DNA of 64,000 bases from Anolis carolinensis (taxonomy: Eukaryota), in contig NC_085845.1 in assembly GCF_035594765.1 (NCBI RefSeq), forward strand, positions 186,822,897-186,886,896, read 5' to 3'. Positions 1-7,732 of this stretch are shown in pieces; the stretch's first letter is position 1; each line of letters begins with the position of its first letter. The notes below the pieces were generated by a model, which was given only the letters and a program-made list of their open reading frames with translations, did no database searches and was not told the DNA's origin. The translations under genes and the position numbers were made by a program.

Positions 1-948
1 TGGCAAATAATTCGTATGCACATATTTATGTTTTGTTTTCTGTATTATCTGGTCCAAAAATAAATCCAAATTTATTTCAGCAAAAAGCATCTGGGTTCCT
101 AATTTTTTCAACACCTGTATAAAAGAAAGGTGTCATGCTTTGGAATCATAATTGTAAGCCTGACTATGCTGTGTGGCAAACTATTTGCTATACTGTCACA
201 AGCCTTCTCACCATAAGTGTTGTAAATGCCTCATCCTGCTTTGTAAGTGGCTTTCATTTATGTTTCTTACATTAGAAGATTTTCTAATTTGATAAAATTG
301 AAAAGTACCATATATACTCGAAGATAAATCGAGTTTTTCAGCCCTTATTTATGAGCTGAAAAAGCCTCCCCCGGCTTATAATCGGGTCAAGGTCAAGGCC
401 AGCAACAGAGCCTGTAGGCTATTGCTTGGAATATGTGATCTATTTCTCTCTTCTCCTCCCTTATCAGTGTATTTTCTTTTGCAAAGCCTCCCTTGCTCTT
501 AATCAAGGGAATGTTTTGAAAAGAGAAAGATACCCTTGCAAGTCAGGAAGAAGAAAAATATATATTCATTAAGCTTATGAAAGCATTTTCCCCTGAAATA
601 TTTGTTAAACGCTCCTACAGATATATAGGCATTAACCCATTGCAAGCTTTTGCCATCTCTATGTACCTTTATATGTGTATCTATCTATATACATTAATTT
701 TATATATGAATTTCCCCTCATATGTTTGCAGGTCTTTGCAAATCCTTTATACATATAGATCCATGTACCTGTGTATCTGTAGCCATACATATACATTATT
801 TTTATATATGAATTTACCCTCATATGTTTGCAAGTATCTGCAAATATCCATATAAAGAGAGCTGTCTGGCTAGATAAGAATATATTCTTACCTACCTATA
901 TATAGGGCTTGCAGATATTACAAGGGGGAAATGAACACACAAATATAT

Positions 949-1110
949 TTTTTCTTCGTGTACTCTGTGAATGCACACTAATGGAGAAGCTGCGCCTGCG
1001 CAGGTTCCGACGGAAACTCTTCCAAGCTGAAGTTCAAATTTTGGCGGTAACCACGCCCCCCTTCCCAAGGGGCATATAAGGCAGCCCCAGGCGCCCGCTC
1101 TCCAGTTCCT
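949..1110 (+). repeat. DIRS left inverted terminal repeat
   Basis: Reverse complement of 6810-~6970; begins TTTTTCTTCG as predicted by the ICR junction. Confidence 0.93.
991..1080 (+). promoter_or_regulatory. Probable Pol II promoter inside the DIRS ITR
   Basis: NRF1-like TGCGCCTGCGCA (991-1002), GC box CCACGCCCCC (1051-1060), TATA-like CATATAAG (1073-1080), ~70 nt before the gag ATG. Confidence 0.6.
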
Positions 1111-1146
1111 TTTTTTCCGCCGCAAGGTTCACTTCGGACTCTTCGC

Positions 1147-3249
1147 ATGTCTACTACTCGTTTCAAGCGTTGCACGCAGTGTGCTGCTAAAATTCCTGAC
1201 TCGGACGGCCACGCCAAGTGCCTCTTCTGTCTTGGCGAGGCTCATGTGGTCAGTACCTGCCGTTTTTGCCTAGCTCTCACGGCTCAGGCCAGAAAGAACA
1301 GAGCCGCTAGGCTTAGAGCGGCGCTCTACGAAAAGTCTCTCGCGCCAGAACCGACTCCGTCGACGTCGGGTACGTCGGCGTCCTCAGCTTTGAGAGCTAT
1401 GTCGGCGCCACCAACTAAGCCTCCGGCAGCCAAGGCTTCCTCGGTCTCGTCCAGAGCGTCCAAGACCTCCAGGGCCGCTAAACCGGTCAAACCACCGTGT
1501 ACTGTGACGACGGCGACCGTGTCGACCCGCTCCGGAAAGGTGGGACCTTCCTCGACGTCGAGCTCTCTGGCTTCGGTGACCTCGATCCGCTCTCGTATCG
1601 GTTCCCCTCCGTCCTCCTCTGCTATCAAAATAGCCTTTAAAAGGGCTCACGAGGAGTCTCGTCGAGCGCAATCCGACTCAGCTGTGGTTCCTCCCACACC
1701 TGGCAAGTCCTTGAGGGTTGCATCCAAGCAACCGCCGGCGAAGAAACGGCTAACTCAGCGCTCCTCCTCCTCGGCCTCCTCAAAGAAAGACCCGCCATCT
1801 TCCTCGACAACTTCCTCGAGAAGGTCTTCTCCTATTGTACCAGCCCAGAGGCCTAGAGATGTTTCTCAGTCTCCATTGCACCCCCTGTCTGATGGGGAGC
1901 TGCAGGACTCACCCCACCACTCTACCCAAACGGTGGTCAGGGTGCCGGTGCCGGAGCCCCTTGCGCCGCCTCGCTCGTCGCGCCAACAGCTCTTCCCTCC
2001 CACCTCGACACCGGAGCGTGGCAGACAAACGGCTCGCCTGGCTCGGGCAGCCCAGGCCTCAGCCTCTAAGGACCTTCGGCCTCCGGCCCTCTCTTCCCGC
2101 GAGGCCTTGCCTCCTCCCGAGACTGTGCTGTCTTCTCCCCCTCAGTCCCCCCAAGGGGCTGAGGAGGAAGATGTTGATGTCGACCGCCCAGACTCTGTCC
2201 TCTCGGCCTCGGTGGTCTCTCTCGGTCTCGACCTCTCTCCTCCCCACGACGCGTATGAGGCGGACCCGCCTTCTCCTACTGACAATGTTCGTGCTTTCGC
2301 TGAGCAAATGGTCAGGATGGCCGACGCCCTGGGTTTGGAGATCAAGCAAACCTCCAAAGCAGTGTCTGACCCAGTCTTCAAAAGGGTGCAGGCCCAAGCT
2401 CCGCCGGCCACGCTACTCCCCTTTCTGCCTTATCTGTTGGACGTTATCCAGGCCTCCTGGAAAAACCCTTCCTCCATTCCTCCGACCTCGAAGAGGATCG
2501 AGACCTGGTACCGTACCGACGATGATACCCTGGAGTGGCTCAAACACCATCCCGACCCTAACTCCCTGGTCGTTAAGGCCTCTCAATCCTCAGGTCGTCA
2601 GTCGAATACTCCGGCCGACAGAGAGGGGAAGCGCTTCGACGCCGTGGGTCGAAAACTTTATTCCGGAGCCCTTTTGCTTTGCCGCATGGCGAATTATGGA
2701 GCCTGCATGGGTGCCTACCAACAAATTATCTGGGAGAAGGCGCAGCCCTTCTTCGCTAAGATGTCGGACGAAGACCGCTCCGTCCTCACTACCCTCCAAC
2801 AGGAGGCAGACTCGCTCGCTCACCACCAAATACAAATGGCGAAGCATACAGGTGATACTGCGGGTAAAATGATTGCCCACGCGATTTCCATTCGCCGCCA
2901 CGCCTGGCTGAGGTCTTCGGGTCTCTCCTCATCTTCCAGACAGGTCATTGAGGACCTTCCCTTTGACGCGCTCGGACTGTTTCACGCCGGTACCGATGAC
3001 AAACTCAAGTCTAATCATGACTTTAAAATTCTTGCGTCTAAATGTGGCGACCAACCTCAACCTCAGCGCACTCGCTGGTTCCCGCACCGTTCCCGCCGTT
3101 TCCCGCCGCAATCTTTCAGACACCATTCTTTCAGGCGGCCTTCGGGCTCGAACAATCAAGCCCATCACCAACCTCGCCGGGGACCTCATCCGCAAAAGCA
3201 ACGCGGTCGATCCACCCCTGCTCCTCCGCAGCCTAATCGGCGTACCTGA
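1147..3249 (+). CDS. DIRS ORF1, Gag-like protein (N-terminal Cys/His zinc finger, S/P-rich linker, LAP2alpha-like C-terminal domain)
   Basis: 700 aa ORF; CxxC..HxxCxxC..H..CxxC at N-terminus; RRHAWLR..LPF..LF motif typical of DIRS ORF1. Confidence 0.9.
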   Translation: MSTTRFKRCTQCAAKIPDSDGHAKCLFCLGEAHVVSTCRFCLALTAQARKNRAARLRAALYEKSLAPEPTPSTSGTSASSALRAMSAPPTKPPAAKASSVSSRASKTSRAAKPVKPPCTVTTATVSTRSGKVGPSSTSSSLASVTSIRSRIGSPPSSSAIKIAFKRAHEESRRAQSDSAVVPPTPGKSLRVASKQPPAKKRLTQRSSSSASSKKDPPSSSTTSSRRSSPIVPAQRPRDVSQSPLHPLSDGELQDSPHHSTQTVVRVPVPEPLAPPRSSRQQLFPPTSTPERGRQTARLARAAQASASKDLRPPALSSREALPPPETVLSSPPQSPQGAEEEDVDVDRPDSVLSASVVSLGLDLSPPHDAYEADPPSPTDNVRAFAEQMVRMADALGLEIKQTSKAVSDPVFKRVQAQAPPATLLPFLPYLLDVIQASWKNPSSIPPTSKRIETWYRTDDDTLEWLKHHPDPNSLVVKASQSSGRQSNTPADREGKRFDAVGRKLYSGALLLCRMANYGACMGAYQQIIWEKAQPFFAKMSDEDRSVLTTLQQEADSLAHHQIQMAKHTGDTAGKMIAHAISIRRHAWLRSSGLSSSSRQVIEDLPFDALGLFHAGTDDKLKSNHDFKILASKCGDQPQPQRTRWFPHRSRRFPPQSFRHHSFRRPSGSNNQAHHQPRRGPHPQKQRGRSTPAPPQPNRRT

Positions 3250-5185
3250 CGCCAACCCCTGCCAAAGCTCCTCGCCCGCTACCGTTGTAGAGCCCACGCT
3301 GCCTCGTCCCTTCGGTGTCTTTGCAGACCGACTAGCCCCTTTCTACAATCAATGGGACTCTATTACTTCAGATGCATGGGTTCTCCGCATTGTCCAAGAC
3401 GGCTACGCCTTAGAGTTCATGGACCTCCCTCCTACAGGTCACGTTCTCCACTCAAACCCTTCCCCAGAGATACTGGCCGAAGTCGAAGCGCTACTGGCCA
3501 AAGGCGCTATCCGTCCCTCCCCTCCCGAACTGGACCCTTTAAGTTTCTTCTCCAGATACTTTACAGTCCCGAAAAGAGGAGGCGGGCTACGCCCGATTCT
3601 GGACTTAAGGGCACTCAATATATTCATTCGCCCCTCCAAATTCAGGATGGTCTCTATTGCCTCTATCCTCCCGATGCTGCAGCGGGGAGACTACTTTGCC
3701 TCCATAGACTTACGAGACGCCTACTTCCACGTGGCAATACGAGAGGCGCACAGACGGTTCCTATGCTTCAAAGTTCTCGACCAAACCTACCAGTTTACCG
3801 TTTTGCCCTTCGGTCTCGTCACGGCCCCGAGGGTCTTCACCAAGGTTGTCGCCGCCGTAGCGGCCCACCTCAGGCTACATGGCATCACGGTCTTTCCTTA
3901 TCTGGACGACTGGCTTCTCGTCGGGCCCGACCCGGTTCTTCTCCAAAATCACGTCTCTTTCACGCTGCGTCTTCTAAAATCTCTCGGCCTCCAACTCAAT
4001 TCCGAGAAATCAAATCTCTCCCCGTCAACCCGAATCCGGTTCATCGGGGCCCTCTTCGACTCCGTCGCAGAGACTGTGTCACTTCCGTTCGACAGATTCC
4101 TGGCTCTCCGCCACCATATCGCCCTTTGTCGATCTGCCCGGAGGGTCAGAGCCCGTGTCATTCAGGTCCTTCTAGGCCACATGGCCTCCACGGTTCTCAC
4201 GACCCCGTTTGCCAGGCTGCGCCTTCGGACCCTGCAAAGGTGGTTTATAGACACTTTCAAACCGTTCCACCACCACAACTCCAGATACCTGTCGGTACCG
4301 TCGTCCGTCCGCCAGTCTCTCTCATGGTGGATGTCTCACCAAAACGTGTGCAAGGGCCTTCCTTTCCATCCAGCCCCGCCATCGCTAACCATAACCACAG
4401 ACTCCTCCACCTACGCTTGGGGAGCCCACATGAACGGTCTAACGGTTCAAAATCTTTGGTCCCCGTCAGAGAGGGCCAACCACATAAACTTCCTCGAACT
4501 TCTCGCCATTCTCAAAGCCCTAAAAGCATTCTCCCCCCTCATCCGCCACAAGTCCATCCTCATTCAATCGGACAACCTGGTAGCAGTATTCTACATCAAC
4601 AAACAGGGTGGTACGGGTTCGAGGAAACTGATGCTCCTCTCCTCTCGTCTCTGGATTTGGTGCATAGCCCACGGCGTACAGATCTCTGCAATCCACCTAC
4701 CGGGCGCCCAAAACGGCTTAGCGGATGCCCTCAGCAGGATGACTTCTTCCTCTCACGAATGGAAGCTCAATCCCGAGGTCCTCGACGGTCTGTTCCGCCT
4801 CTGGGGGCGCCCTACTCTGGATCTCTTCGCGTCTCCCCACAACGCTCAGCTACCCCGCTACGGAGCGAGGCTCCCCCCGAACTCTTTCCCCGGCTGCCTA
4901 GGGGATGCCTTTCTTCTGGACTGGTCGGCGGAGATGCTTTATCTTTTTCCACCGATTCCCCTCATACCGAAAGTTCTCGAAAAACTTCTCTCGATCTCGG
5001 TCACGGCGATTCTCATAGCTCCGGCCTGGCCCCGCCAACCGTGGTATCCAGCCCTTCTTCGCCTCTCCAGAGGATCGTTTCAACCTCTGCCTCTCTCACC
5101 ACACCTTCTCTCACGGGAGGACGGCAAAATTCTTCACCCGGACCTTTCTTCCCTTCATCTCACTGCATGGAGGATTCTTACCTAG
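2948..5185 (+). CDS. DIRS pol: reverse transcriptase, RNase H, DNA N6-adenine methyltransferase-like domain (start uncertain; first ATG 2996)
   Basis: LRPILDLR, IDLRDAYFH, LPFGL, YLDDWL (RT); TTDSS, HINFLEL, SDN, ADALSR (RNase H); LDLFAS, DAF, YLFPP, APAWPRQPWY (MT-like). Confidence 0.95.
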   Translation: MRTFPLTRSDCFTPVPMTNSSLIMTLKFLRLNVATNLNLSALAGSRTVPAVSRRNLSDTILSGGLRARTIKPITNLAGDLIRKSNAVDPPLLLRSLIGVPDANPCQSSSPATVVEPTLPRPFGVFADRLAPFYNQWDSITSDAWVLRIVQDGYALEFMDLPPTGHVLHSNPSPEILAEVEALLAKGAIRPSPPELDPLSFFSRYFTVPKRGGGLRPILDLRALNIFIRPSKFRMVSIASILPMLQRGDYFASIDLRDAYFHVAIREAHRRFLCFKVLDQTYQFTVLPFGLVTAPRVFTKVVAAVAAHLRLHGITVFPYLDDWLLVGPDPVLLQNHVSFTLRLLKSLGLQLNSEKSNLSPSTRIRFIGALFDSVAETVSLPFDRFLALRHHIALCRSARRVRARVIQVLLGHMASTVLTTPFARLRLRTLQRWFIDTFKPFHHHNSRYLSVPSSVRQSLSWWMSHQNVCKGLPFHPAPPSLTITTDSSTYAWGAHMNGLTVQNLWSPSERANHINFLELLAILKALKAFSPLIRHKSILIQSDNLVAVFYINKQGGTGSRKLMLLSSRLWIWCIAHGVQISAIHLPGAQNGLADALSRMTSSSHEWKLNPEVLDGLFRLWGRPTLDLFASPHNAQLPRYGARLPPNSFPGCLGDAFLLDWSAEMLYLFPPIPLIPKVLEKLLSISVTAILIAPAWPRQPWYPALLRLSRGSFQPLPLSPHLLSREDGKILHPDLSSLHLTAWRILT

Positions 5186-6204
5186 CCTCTCTTCCGCAGA
5201 ATCTGCAAGACGTCCTGCGGGCAGCCCATAAGCCGTCTACTACCAAGGCTTATTCCTACAAACTCTCTCGCTTTCATGCCTTCCTTCGATCCCGTAACGT
5301 CGACACCTTCCCGACCTCGGTATCGGTGGTCCTCGACTTCCTCATGACTCTCGTCGAGAAGAAACTTTCTCTTGCCTCTATAAAAGCTTATCTCGCAGCT
5401 CTTTCCTGGTCTTTTCAGCGCCACGGCCAGCCATCTCTTTTTTCTCACCACCTGATCAAAACCTTTCTCCGGGGCTACAATAACATCTGCCCGCCGTCGC
5501 TACCACCTACGCCGGGCTGGAGCCTCGAACTTGTACTTTCTCAACTGTCTTCTGCTCCCTTCGAACCGCTTGCCTCGACCGATCTACGCCTGCTCTCCTG
5601 GAAGTTGGCCTTTCTGGTGGCGATCACGTCGGCACGACGGCCATCCGAGCTCGCTGCCCTCAGAGTCGACGAGCCTTATCTTCGTTTCCACCATGACCGC
5701 GCTGTTCTTCGCCCGGACATTACCTTTCTTCCTAAGGTGGTGTCAGCCTTCCACCTCAACCAGGACATTGTCTTACCAGCTTTCTTCTCTAACCCCTCCT
5801 CTCCTCTCGAGCAAAAACTGCACCTTCTCGACGTTCGGAGAGCACTTCTTTTCTACAGGGACCGTACTAAGGACATTCGTAAGTCACAAAGACTCTTTGT
5901 CGCCTATGCCCAGGACAAGTTGGGTAATCCCATCTCTTCCCAAAGACTGTCCCACTGGATCGCTCAGGCCATTGAGTTGGCCTATGAACTAGCCAAGCGA
6001 CCTCCCCCTCCTTCCATCCGCCCGAGGTCGACTAGGGGCCTCTCGGCGTCGACCGCCTTCCTTAGGGGTATTCCGCTTGACTCCATATGTAAAGCGGCTA
6101 TCTGGTCAAACCCTCTCACGTTTGTCTCTCACTACAGGCTGGACAGTAAGGCCCTTAAAGACTCGGCCTTTGCAAGATCAGTACTCTCATCTTGCCTCTC
6201 CTGA
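3352..6204 (+). CDS. DIRS tyrosine recombinase ORF (recombinase proper from ~5167; first 605 codons overlap pol in another frame)
   Basis: TSARRPSEL (Arg I), FLPK, LDVRRAL, RSTR, AAIWS..F..HY catalytic motifs. Confidence 0.92.
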   Translation: MGLYYFRCMGSPHCPRRLRLRVHGPPSYRSRSPLKPFPRDTGRSRSATGQRRYPSLPSRTGPFKFLLQILYSPEKRRRATPDSGLKGTQYIHSPLQIQDGLYCLYPPDAAAGRLLCLHRLTRRLLPRGNTRGAQTVPMLQSSRPNLPVYRFALRSRHGPEGLHQGCRRRSGPPQATWHHGLSLSGRLASRRARPGSSPKSRLFHAASSKISRPPTQFREIKSLPVNPNPVHRGPLRLRRRDCVTSVRQIPGSPPPYRPLSICPEGQSPCHSGPSRPHGLHGSHDPVCQAAPSDPAKVVYRHFQTVPPPQLQIPVGTVVRPPVSLMVDVSPKRVQGPSFPSSPAIANHNHRLLHLRLGSPHERSNGSKSLVPVREGQPHKLPRTSRHSQSPKSILPPHPPQVHPHSIGQPGSSILHQQTGWYGFEETDAPLLSSLDLVHSPRRTDLCNPPTGRPKRLSGCPQQDDFFLSRMEAQSRGPRRSVPPLGAPYSGSLRVSPQRSATPLRSEAPPELFPRLPRGCLSSGLVGGDALSFSTDSPHTESSRKTSLDLGHGDSHSSGLAPPTVVSSPSSPLQRIVSTSASLTTPSLTGGRQNSSPGPFFPSSHCMEDSYLASLPQNLQDVLRAAHKPSTTKAYSYKLSRFHAFLRSRNVDTFPTSVSVVLDFLMTLVEKKLSLASIKAYLAALSWSFQRHGQPSLFSHHLIKTFLRGYNNICPPSLPPTPGWSLELVLSQLSSAPFEPLASTDLRLLSWKLAFLVAITSARRPSELAALRVDEPYLRFHHDRAVLRPDITFLPKVVSAFHLNQDIVLPAFFSNPSSPLEQKLHLLDVRRALLFYRDRTKDIRKSQRLFVAYAQDKLGNPISSQRLSHWIAQAIELAYELAKRPPPPSIRPRSTRGLSASTAFLRGIPLDSICKAAIWSNPLTFVSHYRLDSKALKDSAFARSVLSSCLS

Positions 6205-6581
6205 CTCTCAGACGTTTTTTCTCTTCATATTCACCCACAGGTGACTCTCTATACCTCTCCTTCAAGTTGGACGGGGTTTTTTCCCCATACCTGCCTCTAG
6301 GGATATGTTTTTTCCCATGATTGTATTGAGCAGTTGCTCTGTTGCTTTGTACCGCCTCGTTGGCCCTGGCGGATATGCCAAAGACCAAGATGTGTTTGTC
6401 CCTCTCCCCCTGGGAGAGCGTTTATATGCACTACGCAATTGTGTATTTTTCTCTATCATGTTTATTGAAAAATTCCTTCCATGTTATGTTCTTCTTCTAT
6501 GATGCTCATGTTGCATTGCACTGGTCCTTTCGGACAATTTATTGCACTGGTCCCTTGGGACGGTTATTTTTTCTATGTCCT

Positions 6582-6587
6582 AATAAA
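6582..6587 (+). terminator. Candidate poly(A) signal of the DIRS element
   Basis: AATAAA followed by GT-rich sequence; conserved in copy 2 at 47321-47326. Confidence 0.5.
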
Positions 6588-6655
6588 CATGTGTTTGGAC
6601 ATTCACTGATTGTCGAGTTTGCCTTGTCCCACCATCCGGGACCTTAGCGTGTTAG

Positions 6656-6750
6656 TCTCCATTAGTGTGCATTCACAGAGTACACGAAGAAAAAGGACAG
6701 GTTGCTCACCTGTAACCATGTTTCTTCGAGTGTACTCTGTGAATTCACAC
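6656..6750. repeat. DIRS internal complementary region (ICR)
   Basis: First half complements the left terminus, second half complements the right terminus; junction gaagaaaaa|ggacagg. Confidence 0.95.
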
Positions 6751-6809
6751 AAACCCGCCCTTCCTTCCCCTCTGGCAAACCTCTCCCTTTCTCGTTGCCT
6801 TGGCGGCGT

Positions 6810-6997
6810 AGGAACTGGAGAGCGGGCGCCTGGGGCTGCCTTATATGCCCCTTGGGAAGGGGGGCGTGGTTACCGCCAAAATTTGAACTTCAGCTTGGAA
6901 GAGTTTCCGTCGGAACCTGCGCAGGCGCAGCTTCTCCATTAGTGTGAATTCACAGAGTACACTCGAAGAAACATGGTTACAGGTGAGCAACCTGTCC
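6810..6997 (-). repeat. DIRS right inverted terminal repeat with 3' extension
   Basis: Inverted copy of the left ITR plus acatggttacaggtgagcaacctgtcc. Confidence 0.93.
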
Positions 6998-7000
6998 ATA

Positions 7001-7421
7001 CCGTGTTTCTCTGAAAATAAGACAGTGTCTTATATTAATTTTTGCCCCCAAAGATGCTCTAGGTCTTATTTTCTGGGGATGTTTTATTTTTCCATGAAGA
7101 AGAATTCACATTTATTGTTGAACAAAAAAAAATGAACATTTATTATATACTGTACAGTAGTTGTCATAATAAACTAACATAACCAGACAAACTGTGAATC
7201 CTATCAAGAATTTCTTGCTACTACCAATATTTCCATGTACAACACTTTATGGTACATACATTTACTGATCCTGCATGCTCTGGTGTTCTCTTTGGCGGGC
7301 ATGCTTCCGAACAAAAACTTTGCTAGGTCTTACTTTCGGGGGAGGCCTTATATTTAGCAATTCAGCAAAACCTCTACTAGGTCTTATTTTCTGGGGATCT
7401 CTTATTTTAGGGGAAACAGGG
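7001..7421. mobile_element. Tc1/mariner-type MITE
   Basis: TIRs ccgtgtttctctgaaaataaga / tcttattttaggggaaacaggg, TA at 6999-7000 and 7422-7423; internal ctaggtcttatttt repeats. Confidence 0.75.
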
Positions 7422-7596
7422 TAGACATGACTAGATAAATATATAGCGCTTGCAAATATTGTAGGAGAAATGCACACACACACACACACACACACACAGA
7501 GGGGATTTGCAAACGTTTCAGGGGGAAATGCATATGTGAAATTAGTATCTATAATTATAGATATATATCTAGCTCTGTATTGTTTATATAAGCATT

Positions 7597-7669
7597 GAAT
7601 GTTTGCCTGTTACTATGTTGAAAGCCAGCCTGAGTCCCCATAGGGAGATAGGGTGGGATCCAAATGAAG

Positions 7670-7731
<62 letters not shown>
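7597..7731 (+). repeat. LINE (L2-like) 3' tail with (ATT)n microsatellite
   Basis: gcctgagtcccc..gggagatagggtgg followed by long (ATT)n. Confidence 0.55.

Positions 7732-7732
<1 letters not shown>

Larger units (their letters stand above)
949..6997 (+). mobile_element. Apparently intact DIRS1-type tyrosine-recombinase retrotransposon
   Basis: Inverted terminal repeats, internal complementary region, three open ORFs (gag, RT/RNaseH/MT, YR), no target-site duplication, high CpG content against AT-rich flanks. Confidence 0.97.

Noticed and set aside
577-855. 92-aa Tyr-rich ORF
   Set aside because: Internal low-complexity repeats of the MITE
892-1217. Short ORFs duplicated on opposite strands (also 6610-6947)
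   Set aside because: Simply translations of the inverted terminal repeats
1835-2872. 345-aa ORF overlapping gag in the pol frame
   Set aside because: TTG start, no motifs, separated from pol by two stops, and not maintained in copy 2; likely a GC-rich shadow frame
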